The notes beneath the pieces were generated by a model. The model saw only the letters and a program-made list of their open reading frames with translations. It was not told where the DNA came from and searched no databases. The position numbers were made by a program, and so were the translations under genes. From Candidatus Micrarchaeota archaeon (GTDB lineage Archaea; Micrarchaeota; Micrarchaeia; Anstonellales; Bilamarchaeaceae), in assembly GCA_038046765.1 (NCBI GenBank), contig JBBSVN010000007.1:1-64000 (forward strand): a DNA stretch of 64,000 nucleotides, given 5' to 3'. Of the stretch, positions 47,324 to 56,384 are shown piece by piece (the first letter of the stretch is position 1; each line of letters starts with the position of its first letter).

Positions 47324-48514
47324 ATGCAACCAAACAAAAAAATATTTCTTTACATGTCTTCAGGTCTGCATACGGCATATAAAAGCATGATTGCAAATTG
47401 TCCAGAAGGTTTTGAATTTGCAGCAAGCGATTATATGGCACATGGTGCAATTACTGCCAGTAGGGATGTTTCACCTGGTTTAGGTAGCTTTACAAAAAAT
47501 CTGATTACCAAAGTTCAGCCATACGTTTCTTCTTCTTATAATCATCTGCACATTCTCCTAAATAAACCCAAAGTCCGTAAATTCGTCTCTAGCGACTACG
47601 ACCTAATTCATAGTGGACAAAGTCTGCTTGATACCAATCTTCCATATGTAGTTGATTTTGAACATGCTGCTGTTTTTTCTGGCTATAATCAATATGCATT
47701 TAGAAGAAAAGGGTTTGTCCGAGCTTTGGAAAAAACACTTCTAAATCCAAAACTAAAAAAGCTCCTGGCATGGAGCGATGCTGCTGGAAAAAGCCTGACC
47801 AACTTTGTAAATAATGAAGAAGTTAAGGCTAAGGTTGAAACTGTTTACCCTGTATTTTCCCTAGGAAAGAAAATTAAACGAACACAAAAAGAATTTGGTT
47901 TTCTGTTTATCGGTGGAAATTTCTATGAAAAAGGCGGCTATGAAACGATTTTGGCTTTTGAAAAAATCATGGATAAATATGACTGTAAATTGACTATGAT
48001 TGGCACTATTCCACTAGAACTAGCGCAAAAATATCTAAATCATCCAAAAATAACGCTTGTTGGTAGAGTTCCATACGAAAAAGTAGTTGAATACTATTCA
48101 AATAGCGATGCGTTTGTTTTTCCAACACACTATGATACTTATGGTTTTGTAGTTCCCGAAGCGCTTTCATTTGGATTACCTGTTATTTCAACAACTAGTT
48201 TTTCTATGCCTGAATTAGTTGAAAACGAAAAAACGGGACTTCTAATAAACACTTATTTTTCTTCATTTGCTCCCGACGCTGGTTATGCTCTGGGTACTTT
48301 AGATGAACTTTATCCAAAGCGAATCGAAATTTGCAAAAACCCGCCCGAATGGTATATAACTTCTCTTGCAAATGCTATGGAAAGGTTAATTATTGATAAT
48401 TCACTAAGAAATGAGTTATCTAAAAACGCAGAACTTGTTGCAAAAGAAGGTAAATTTTCACCTAAGTCCTGGCGGGATAAAATGAAAAGAATATATACAG
48501 AAGCTTTGGAATAG
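47324..48514 (+). CDS. Glycosyltransferase family 4
   Basis: FYEKGG, DAFVFPTHYDTYGFVVPEALSFGLPVI. Confidence 0.88.
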   Translation: MQPNKKIFLYMSSGLHTAYKSMIANCPEGFEFAASDYMAHGAITASRDVSPGLGSFTKNLITKVQPYVSSSYNHLHILLNKPKVRKFVSSDYDLIHSGQSLLDTNLPYVVDFEHAAVFSGYNQYAFRRKGFVRALEKTLLNPKLKKLLAWSDAAGKSLTNFVNNEEVKAKVETVYPVFSLGKKIKRTQKEFGFLFIGGNFYEKGGYETILAFEKIMDKYDCKLTMIGTIPLELAQKYLNHPKITLVGRVPYEKVVEYYSNSDAFVFPTHYDTYGFVVPEALSFGLPVISTTSFSMPELVENEKTGLLINTYFSSFAPDAGYALGTLDELYPKRIEICKNPPEWYITSLANAMERLIIDNSLRNELSKNAELVAKEGKFSPKSWRDKMKRIYTEALE

Positions 48515-48518
48515 TTAT

Positions 48519-49310
48519 ATGTTCAAAGATGCACTATTCTATTTTCTGTTTTTAGGTGTAGGAATTATTCTAGGTGTTTATTTTCTTTCTCCCGTAAGTC
48601 CTGATAATACTAAACTAGTAAATGATTACAATAATCTAGTTTCCAAGTATAATTCTCTAGCTAAAAATTATTCTGATTTGTCCGTTCAATCCGGCATAAG
48701 TCTTCAAAATCAAAAAAGATCTATTCCGCCATCTCCACAGGGCAGTTTTAATTCGCTTGTCTTAGTCAAAAACGGAATCGGGTTAAGTTATAATGGCGCC
48801 AAAGTTTTTGGGGTTTATGATACTAAATCTATGGAACCAGGAATAAGCGTTAATCATACTATAATTGCTACAACTACTTTTGATTCAGCTAATCTTAAAA
48901 TTGGGCAAATTGTTTCATATTTACCTGATGACTCAAAAACTGAAATTGTTCATAGGATAATTGCGATAAATTCAAACCCCCAAGGAATATGTTATACGTT
49001 GCAAGGGGACAATAATCAGGTACCAGATAAAGAATGCGTTAAACCCTCGCAGATAACTTCATTAGTTTTGGGTATCTTATTTTTCAAAAATGAACAAATC
49101 AACTCTTGTCCATCAGGAATTGATGCAATAATTTCCGATAAAGATATTTCTTGTATTGATTCCAGATTAAAAGCAGGTATTTATCCAAGCGAGAGCAAAA
49201 TCGGTCAGTCAATCGACTACTATAAATTCTGCTCTAGTTACAATTCTGCAATGCCTTATACGATTGTTTCTCCAGATGGAAAAGTTTCTTGTTACTCTAA
49301 TGTCAGGTAA
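48519..49310 (+). CDS. S26 (SipW/Sec11-type) signal peptidase-like protein
   Basis: N-terminal TM, TKSMEP, IVHRII, GDNNQVPD; Cys-rich C-terminal extension. Confidence 0.75.
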   Translation: MFKDALFYFLFLGVGIILGVYFLSPVSPDNTKLVNDYNNLVSKYNSLAKNYSDLSVQSGISLQNQKRSIPPSPQGSFNSLVLVKNGIGLSYNGAKVFGVYDTKSMEPGISVNHTIIATTTFDSANLKIGQIVSYLPDDSKTEIVHRIIAINSNPQGICYTLQGDNNQVPDKECVKPSQITSLVLGILFFKNEQINSCPSGIDAIISDKDISCIDSRLKAGIYPSESKIGQSIDYYKFCSSYNSAMPYTIVSPDGKVSCYSNVR

Positions 49311-49416
49311 CTTTTGTGATTTTAAATTCTTGCTTATAACTATTTAGTATAGTTGGTAAAATGAAAATCCAGTAAACAGGATAACCGTTTACTATCTTTT
49401 CATTTTTGGTGATAAA

Positions 49417-50325
49417 ATGAAAATCTTAATCACAGGCGGAGCTGGATTTATTGGTTCACACCTTGCCGAAAAACTTTCGGTTAAGAATGATGTTATAATT
49501 CTAGATAATTTTATAACTGGGAGAAAGGAGAACTTAGCAAAATTAAATGTTGAACTTATTTCTCATGACATTGTAAAACCTTTTGACATAAAATGTGATG
49601 TTATTTTTAATATGGCTTCGCCTGCTTCTCCAGTTGGATACCAGGAGCATCCACTAGAAACTATGGAAGTAAACGCCTTTGGAATGAAAAATATTCTTGA
49701 AAATGCTAAAAAACACGGTGCGCGAGTGCTGCAATCTTCCACTTCTGAAATTTACGGAGACCCGCTAGTTTCACCACAAGTCGAATCTTACTGGGGCAAT
49801 GTTAATACTCTTGGACCTCGTTCTTGTTATGACGAATCAAAAAGATTTGCTGAAACCTTATGCTATAATTATTATCATAAATTCGGTGTAAATGTAATTC
49901 TTGCAAGAATTTTCAATACTTACGGGCCCAGGATGGACAAAAAGGATGGCAGAGTAATTCCTAATTTTGTCACACAAGCTCTATCTGGAAAAGATATAAC
50001 TCTGTACGGAAACGGGTTACAAACAAGAAGTTTTTGTTACGTTAGCGATTTAGTTGACGGCTTAACAAAATTAGCTTTTTCTGACATTACTTTTGATGTT
50101 TTTAATGTTGGAAATCCGCATGAAATAACTTTGCAGACTCTAGCTAATAAGGTTAAAGAACTTGCTCAAAGTAAGTCTAATATTATTCATAAACCCCTTC
50201 CACAAGATGACCCGAAACAAAGATGTCCTAATATAACAAAAATAAAAAAAGCGGTTAACTGGGAACCCAAAGTTAGTTTAGATGACGGGTTAAAGAAAAC
50301 GATTGAATGGTTTAAATCACATTAA
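49417..50325 (+). CDS. UDP-glucuronate decarboxylase (UDP-xylose synthase)
   Basis: ASPASP, STSEIYGDP, YWGNVN..GPRSCYDESKR, RIFNTYGPRM, DDPKQRCP. Confidence 0.93.
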   Translation: MKILITGGAGFIGSHLAEKLSVKNDVIILDNFITGRKENLAKLNVELISHDIVKPFDIKCDVIFNMASPASPVGYQEHPLETMEVNAFGMKNILENAKKHGARVLQSSTSEIYGDPLVSPQVESYWGNVNTLGPRSCYDESKRFAETLCYNYYHKFGVNVILARIFNTYGPRMDKKDGRVIPNFVTQALSGKDITLYGNGLQTRSFCYVSDLVDGLTKLAFSDITFDVFNVGNPHEITLQTLANKVKELAQSKSNIIHKPLPQDDPKQRCPNITKIKKAVNWEPKVSLDDGLKKTIEWFKSH

Positions 50326-50434
50326 TTTTTTTCCAAATCATAATCGTTAGAAAAAGTTACTGATTCTTTAGCAAAGTCTTCTTTGCCATGTATATGTTAA
50401 TTCCACTTATACTATCATAACCTTCTATTTTAGG

Positions 50435-50833
50435 CTATAAAATAGCTTTGCGTATTTCTTCTTCTTGTTCTTTTGTTAATCCCATTATTTTTACTAAATC
50501 AGTTATTACTTTTCTTATTGATTCTTCTTGGTTGGGCATTTGGTTTAGCTTTAAAGCAGATATCTTGTACTTCGCAATAGTTATTGCAATTTCTGTTAAT
50601 TCTGGTTTTGAGCAGTACCATTTTGCAAAATTTATTGCTTCATGACAATTTCCTGTTTTTAAGTATTCCATAACTGCACTTTTTACTGTGCTTGTTCTTA
50701 CCTGGTCAAAGTTCATTTCTAATGCAAAATCTGCTAATCTAGTTAATCTATCTATAAGTGGCCCACTAAATGCTCCTCTTAATCCCCCTGCATGTTTTAC
50801 TACTGCGCTTGTTCTTGTGTTGCTTAATTGCAT
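50435..50833 (-). CDS. Hypothetical protein
   Basis: About 132 aa, helical. Confidence 0.55.
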   Translation of the reverse strand: MQLSNTRTSAVVKHAGGLRGAFSGPLIDRLTRLADFALEMNFDQVRTSTVKSAVMEYLKTGNCHEAINFAKWYCSKPELTEIAITIAKYKISALKLNQMPNQEESIRKVITDLVKIMGLTKEQEEEIRKAIL

Positions 50834-50912
50834 AAAAATCATTTGTACTCTTGTTTCTTAATATGCATATGTATGCAAACATTTAAATATACTTTTGATA
50901 ACAAATTATGCT

Positions 50913-51098
50913 ATGTCAACACCAGTTCTTAAGTTAAAACCTAAAATTCGTCCTACAAGAGAACAAATTGAAGTCGCACAAAGAAGACGTGAATGGGAAA
51001 AATACTCGCTCTGCGGTAATCGATCTGATGTATTAAGCGGAATTCCGGGCACAAGGGAATTTATGGGTAAAATCAGATATCTCAAATTCTATTACTAG
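50913..51098 (+). CDS. Small basic hypothetical protein
   Basis: 61 aa, about 25 nt downstream of TTTAAATA. Confidence 0.45.
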   Translation: MSTPVLKLKPKIRPTREQIEVAQRRREWEKYSLCGNRSDVLSGIPGTREFMGKIRYLKFYY

Positions 51099-51160
51099 TA
51101 TATTTTTATATTTCATTAAACATACTATTATTTATCAAATATAATTATAGGTAAAAAATC

Positions 51161-51892
51161 ATGATCGGAATAATTCTAGCAGCTGGAAGAGGAACGAGGC
51201 TTAGACCTTTAACCTATGCAATACCTAAACCGTTACTTCCCGTAGGAGGAAAACCAGTCTTAGAATATGCGATTGAAAATCTAAAAGCATGTAAGGAAAT
51301 TAAAAAGATCTATGTTGCAGTATCTCACTCAAGAGAACTAATTGAAAATTATTTACAGCATGTTGACTATGGAATTGAAATTGAAACCGTACACACGCTA
51401 GGCTGGGAAACTGGCGGAGATTTAAAAACAATAATTACATCAAAAGAAATAACTGATAACGTCATTGTTGCTTATGGCGATATTGTATCAAAAATAGACG
51501 TAAATGAAATGCTTAATTTTCATAAAAAACAAAATAAACCTGCAACAGTTGCGCTTTTTGCTGTTCCAAAAGAAGACGTTTATAGGTTTGGAATTGCCGA
51601 GGTTCAAAATAACTTAGTAAAACGGTTTGTTGAAAAACCAAAGCTTGAAGATGCGCCATCTAATTTGGCAAATGCTGGTTATTACATACTTGAAAAAAGT
51701 GCTTATTCTAAATTAGTTATGGAAAAGAAAAAAGTTGAAGAAACACTATTTCCTGAGCTTGCGCCATCGGGTAACTTGGCTGGTTATGTTTGCAAACCAG
51801 ATTATTGGCTCGATATCGGTACAATCGAATCATATAGAAAAGCTAACCGAATGATCGAAGGAATTATTGCGCCTAATGTGAATGGAAAGTGA
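51161..51892 (+). CDS. Sugar-phosphate nucleotidyltransferase
   Basis: ILAAGRGTRLRPLT..PKPLLPV, FVEKP, WLDIG. Confidence 0.93.
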   Translation: MIGIILAAGRGTRLRPLTYAIPKPLLPVGGKPVLEYAIENLKACKEIKKIYVAVSHSRELIENYLQHVDYGIEIETVHTLGWETGGDLKTIITSKEITDNVIVAYGDIVSKIDVNEMLNFHKKQNKPATVALFAVPKEDVYRFGIAEVQNNLVKRFVEKPKLEDAPSNLANAGYYILEKSAYSKLVMEKKKVEETLFPELAPSGNLAGYVCKPDYWLDIGTIESYRKANRMIEGIIAPNVNGK

Positions 51893-51898
51893 AATAAA

Positions 51899-52061
51899 AT
51901 GAACGCTATACCTATTGCTAGAATCGTTTACGAAAATTCTGATAAAGACATAACTAAATGCTTTGGACTTTGGGAAAATTTACCAAAAAAAAGAAACCGA
52001 TCTTATTGAAACAGAAGCAATTAAGGCTAGAAAAGCTAAATGGAGAAAGATAAAAATGTGA
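51899..52061 (+). pseudogene. Frameshifted VapB-like antitoxin remnant
   Basis: ..ITKCFGLWENLPKK is followed, after an A8 run, by ETDLIETEAIKARKAKWRKIKM* in the shifted frame. Confidence 0.45.
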
Positions 52062-52103
52062 AATCTATACGTAGTACAAGACATATCAAATAAAGTGTTA
52101 TAT

Positions 52104-53039
52104 ATGAAAATTCTAGTAACAGGAGGAGCGGGATTTATTGGTTCATCAACCGTAGATGCTTTACTTAAAGAAGGATACGATGTACGTGCACTAGATAATT
52201 TTGAGCCTTACTACTCGCCAGAACAAAAAAGAAAAAATCTTGAAAATGCAAGAAAAAATAAAAACTTTGAATTAATCGAAGGAGATATTACTAATTTAGA
52301 AATTGTTAAAAAAGCGGTTTCTGGCGTAGATGCGATAATTCACCAGGCAGCCCAAGCTGGTGTTCGCGCGTCAGTAGATAATCCTGCTAAAACTAATCGT
52401 ATAAATATCGATGGAACTTTAAACGTTCTTACTTGTGCAAAGGATGCTGGAATTAAAAAAATAGTTTTTGCTTCTTCATCTTCTGTTTATGGAAAAGTAA
52501 AATATTTGCCTTTTGATGAATTGCACCCAACTAACCCAGTTTCCCCATACGGCGTTAGCAAACTAGCTTGCGAACATTATTGCAGAGTATTTTCCGAGCT
52601 TTATGGTTTAGAAATTCCGATGCTTAGATATTTTACTGTTTATGGTCCGCGTATGCGTCCTGATTTAGCAATAAATATTTTTATGCATAAAATGATCAAA
52701 AACGAATCAATTACGCTCTTTGGGGACGGATTAAAGAGCAGGGATTTTACTTACATTGATGATGTCGTTAGCGCAACCATCCTGGCATTAGAGAAAGGTA
52801 AAACAGATACTTTCAATGTTGGGGGCGGAAACTATTGCATAATGAATGAGTTAATCGAAAAGCTAATGCAGATAACTAATAGCAAATCTAAAATAATTAA
52901 AATAGAAAATGCTAAAGGCGATGCTGAACATACTAAAGCGGATAACAAAAAAGCAAAAGATATTTTGGGATGGAAACCTAAGGCGAAACTCGAAGAAGGA
53001 CTTAAAATTTACTACGAATGGATTTTGAAGAATGAGTAA
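52104..53039 (+). CDS. NDP-sugar 4-epimerase (GalE/UDP-glucuronate epimerase-like)
   Basis: TGGAGFIGS, AAQAGVRAS, SSSSVYG, YGVSK, RYFTVYGPRMRPD. Confidence 0.92.
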   Translation: MKILVTGGAGFIGSSTVDALLKEGYDVRALDNFEPYYSPEQKRKNLENARKNKNFELIEGDITNLEIVKKAVSGVDAIIHQAAQAGVRASVDNPAKTNRINIDGTLNVLTCAKDAGIKKIVFASSSSVYGKVKYLPFDELHPTNPVSPYGVSKLACEHYCRVFSELYGLEIPMLRYFTVYGPRMRPDLAINIFMHKMIKNESITLFGDGLKSRDFTYIDDVVSATILALEKGKTDTFNVGGGNYCIMNELIEKLMQITNSKSKIIKIENAKGDAEHTKADNKKAKDILGWKPKAKLEEGLKIYYEWILKNE

Positions 53040-53066
53040 ATGTGCAAATTATCTTAAGCTGGTCAA

Positions 53067-54536
53067 ATGGCAAATGAGCAACAAATTCTTGAACCGACTA
53101 AAGCGAAAGACTTAGAATTAAGTAAAACAATTCCCGTATTAAAAACTCAAATTCTTATTGATAAAATTTCAAAACATCTCGAGCGATTTAAGGAAATACT
53201 GGAATTGAATAAAGAAAAAATACGTAAATTTGATTATGAACAAGGCGGAATTGCGATTCGAGATATTTCGGCATATTATAAAAAAACCGTTAAAGAACAA
53301 AAACAGGATTTAAAATGGTTAGACTCATTTGAAGGATTTCTAGCTGTTACAGTGGATTACCTGGAAGAATCATCAAAAAAACTGAAAAATCCCGAAAAAC
53401 TGAGCCCTCTTGCTAATGCATTTTTTTCTATTCAAAGCTTTTTAAGTGGTAAAGTAATAAATGATTTTGGGGATGCTCAAAAAATCAAAGCATGGACTAA
53501 AATATTTCCAAAAGTAAGAGATTTAATGTATGTGAATAATCTAGCTGTGCTTGTATTTTATGCTAAGCATTTCGATGTCCTTAAGTTTGATTTAGAAAAA
53601 GTTGAAAATGTAGAAAAATTAATTGGAAAATACAGTTCTAAAGGTTTTTTAGATGAACCAGAGCATGATAAAGCTTATTATAATGCACGCATTCTTTTGC
53701 ATTATATATTTGATAATCCTAATTTCGAGCCAAGCGAATCATTTGGTGTTAAATTTGCCGATTTTAGCAATAGTGTAAATCGTCTAATTGCTTTGCGTAT
53801 AAAATTTGAAGAAAAAGTCAAACAATTTAATCAATATAATTTATCTGAAAGTGATGATTATTCATTACTTATTGTTAAATCCTATTTCGAACTAAAACAA
53901 AGAAATATTAAATTAGATGTGCTAATCTCAGAAATTCAAAATCGAGTCGAAGAAAAAATTTCTAAACTAGCCAATTTTTCTAAATTTAACAAAGGTAAAC
54001 TCGAAAATTTAAGAAAATCTGCAGATTATCCACACGGCTTAACTGGTTTAGTTCGCCAAGGTGAAGCTGCTTTTATAAGTAAATCTAGTCGTTCTAAAGA
54101 AATCGGTCTATATACCGCCCGAGCAGAAATGTGCAGTATCGTTGTAACTGTTTCGCGTGATGAAAATGGTGAAATATCTGCAGTTGGTTTATCCCATGTT
54201 GATCCTGGAACCGAAGATGAGGAACTTAAAAAATTGTTTGTTACTGCCAGAAAATATGGTAAGGTCGAAATAAGTATTGTAAGCGGTACGCTCTTCAAAT
54301 CTCAGAATCTTTTTGATATTGCTAGTTTGTATGGAAAAGTTGTTTTTGTAAATTGCGACATTAACGGAGAACGAGACGATGCTTTAGCGGTAGATAAAAA
54401 CGGAAATTTATACTATGGCGAAAACAAGCGTTTAGATAAAGCAGCAGAAAAGATTGGTGGTTTTGGAAGAGACGAAGTTAGAGAAAAGGAAGACTACAAA
54501 ATATTCTATGATCGAGTTTTTGAAGTAAAAAACTAA
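53067..54536 (+). CDS. Orphan protein with C-terminal NTAN1/CheD/CNF1-like deamidase domain
   Basis: VRQGEAA..GLYTARAEMCSIVV..GLSHVD..EISIVSG. Confidence 0.55.
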   Translation: MANEQQILEPTKAKDLELSKTIPVLKTQILIDKISKHLERFKEILELNKEKIRKFDYEQGGIAIRDISAYYKKTVKEQKQDLKWLDSFEGFLAVTVDYLEESSKKLKNPEKLSPLANAFFSIQSFLSGKVINDFGDAQKIKAWTKIFPKVRDLMYVNNLAVLVFYAKHFDVLKFDLEKVENVEKLIGKYSSKGFLDEPEHDKAYYNARILLHYIFDNPNFEPSESFGVKFADFSNSVNRLIALRIKFEEKVKQFNQYNLSESDDYSLLIVKSYFELKQRNIKLDVLISEIQNRVEEKISKLANFSKFNKGKLENLRKSADYPHGLTGLVRQGEAAFISKSSRSKEIGLYTARAEMCSIVVTVSRDENGEISAVGLSHVDPGTEDEELKKLFVTARKYGKVEISIVSGTLFKSQNLFDIASLYGKVVFVNCDINGERDDALAVDKNGNLYYGENKRLDKAAEKIGGFGRDEVREKEDYKIFYDRVFEVKN

Positions 54537-54610
54537 TAACCTTTAAAAACTTATTACGAGTGGATAAATAATAACGAATAAAGAATCTATTTTACTTAAG
54601 GTGTTTATCC

Positions 54611-55537
54611 ATGAAAGAAAAACTACTCGATATTATTGTCTGCCCAACTTGTAAAGGAAACCTGAACTTAAAAGCAACTAAACAGATAAATGATGATGTT
54701 GAAGAGGGGATGCTTAATTGCAGGAAATGCAAGGTTGGTTATAATATCATAAATTCTGTTCCTCGTTTTGTTCCAGATGATGATTATGTAGAAAACTTTA
54801 GCATGGAGTGGAACACTCATAAAGTAACTCAATTAGATTCTAGAACCGGAAGAAATGAATCTGAAGAAACATTCAAGGAAGTTACTGGTTTTAACCAAAA
54901 AGACCTAAAAGGAAAACTCGTTTTAGATGTTGGATGCGGATCAGGTAGATACTTAGAAATCGCATCCAAATTTGGTGCAGAAGTTGTTGGCATTGATTTA
55001 AGTTTTGCAGTTGATGCAGCACAAGAAAACTTAGGAAAACAAAAAAATATGCACATAATTCAGGCTAATGTTTTTAGTTTGCCATTTAAGGAGGATACTT
55101 TTGACATCATTTACAGTATAGGCGTCCTTCACCATACACCTGATTGTAAAAAAGCATTTATGTGCTTACCAAATCTGCTTAAAAAACCAGGTAAAATTAG
55201 TATCTGGTTATACTCTAAAAAATTACATTTCATTGCAACAGACGTACTAAGAATTGTTACTACTAGAATGAATAAACATCATCTTTACGGTTTATGTAAA
55301 ACTGTCGTGCCGCACATTTATGCTGCAACAAGGGTGCCTTTAGTTGGTTATCCATTTCGAGCGTTTATTTCAACTCACCATCACCCAGAGTGGCGAGTTC
55401 TAGATACGTTTGACTGGTATTCTCCAAAATATCAAAGCAAGCACAGCAACAACGAAGTAATACAGTGGTTCAATGAAGCTGGGCTTAAAAATGCAAGAGC
55501 CTTAACCAAGGATACTTCGGTTACTGGTGAGAAATAA
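54611..55537 (+). CDS. Trm112-like Zn domain fused to a SAM methyltransferase
   Basis: LLDIIVCPTCKG..CRKC..PRF; VLDVGCGSG; GVLHHTPD. Confidence 0.9.
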   Translation: MKEKLLDIIVCPTCKGNLNLKATKQINDDVEEGMLNCRKCKVGYNIINSVPRFVPDDDYVENFSMEWNTHKVTQLDSRTGRNESEETFKEVTGFNQKDLKGKLVLDVGCGSGRYLEIASKFGAEVVGIDLSFAVDAAQENLGKQKNMHIIQANVFSLPFKEDTFDIIYSIGVLHHTPDCKKAFMCLPNLLKKPGKISIWLYSKKLHFIATDVLRIVTTRMNKHHLYGLCKTVVPHIYAATRVPLVGYPFRAFISTHHHPEWRVLDTFDWYSPKYQSKHSNNEVIQWFNEAGLKNARALTKDTSVTGEK

Positions 55538-55568
55538 TTTTTTTCCTTTTTATAATTTAATTTTCAAT

Positions 55569-55949
55569 CTATTTCATTCCTAGATAACTTTCAATATCTT
55601 TTAATGTGGATAATTTGACTAGAAACAATGCTAGAAACATTGCGCCTACTACTGCAAAATCCTGGTTTGGAATTGGGCTTAAAAAAATATTTACTATAAA
55701 TGCCATACAAAAATAAACTATCATAAATAAGAATGCTTTTGAAACTGCATTGGCTGAACTAAGTTTTAATTCATTCTCAGATAAAAATTTGTTTCTCTGG
55801 TTTCCAAAAATAATTCCTATTATCGCAATTATAATTAGTAATAAAACTACTAGTTTCATACTTGATCTGTCCAAAAAGCTACCTATAATAACAAGGATAA
55901 ATGAAACGAAAAGAAGAATTTGGAATACGTTGCTTTTTTTACTAAACAT
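55569..55949 (-). CDS. Four-TM membrane protein
   Basis: Hydrophobic; GAGGT RBS. Confidence 0.65.
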   Translation of the reverse strand: MFSKKSNVFQILLFVSFILVIIGSFLDRSSMKLVVLLLIIIAIIGIIFGNQRNKFLSENELKLSSANAVSKAFLFMIVYFCMAFIVNIFLSPIPNQDFAVVGAMFLALFLVKLSTLKDIESYLGMK

Positions 55950-55986
55950 GTTATTTTACCTCTATGTCTAACAGTTAATAATTCTC

Positions 55987-56094
55987 CTAATTTAAAACAC
56001 CAAATGCGAGTATCGCACCGACTAAAAGTATTAAGAGCAATATCGCCCACCCATAGTTAGTAAGAAAATCTGTTTTTTCACTTTTCTTTGCCAT
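55987..56094 (-). CDS. 35-aa peptide resembling only the N-terminal helix of a DPANN-type pilin
   Basis: MAKKSEKTDFLTNYGWAILLLILLVGAILAFGVLN*. Confidence 0.6.
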   Translation of the reverse strand: MAKKSEKTDFLTNYGWAILLLILLVGAILAFGVLN

Positions 56095-56123
56095 GTTGAT
56101 ATAAAATAAGACAAGGTATAAAA

Positions 56124-56384
56124 ATGTGCTTCGTACTTTCACTCACTTTCTTTTAGATAAATGAAGATAAGGTTTTATCTGACACCATTCTTTTCGAAAC
56201 CTTAACGGTAATTAATTATAAAAGAAATACTCAATTCTGTAAAGCTGTTTATCAGGAGTTGGTGGATAACCAAGACCTAATATTATTTTATCTTAATGAG
56301 TCGGAACGAATTGAAATTCTAAATAAATTCCCTAATCAAAAAGGTAAATCAGAAATAGATCTATTGATGAAACAATCCGCTTAA
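56124..56384 (+). pseudogene. Degraded PIN/VapC-like toxin fragment
   Basis: MCFVLSLTFF*INEDKVLSDTILFETLTVINYKR.. with an in-frame TAG; VLSDTILFETL resembles the PIN strand-helix carrying the conserved Glu. Confidence 0.4.
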
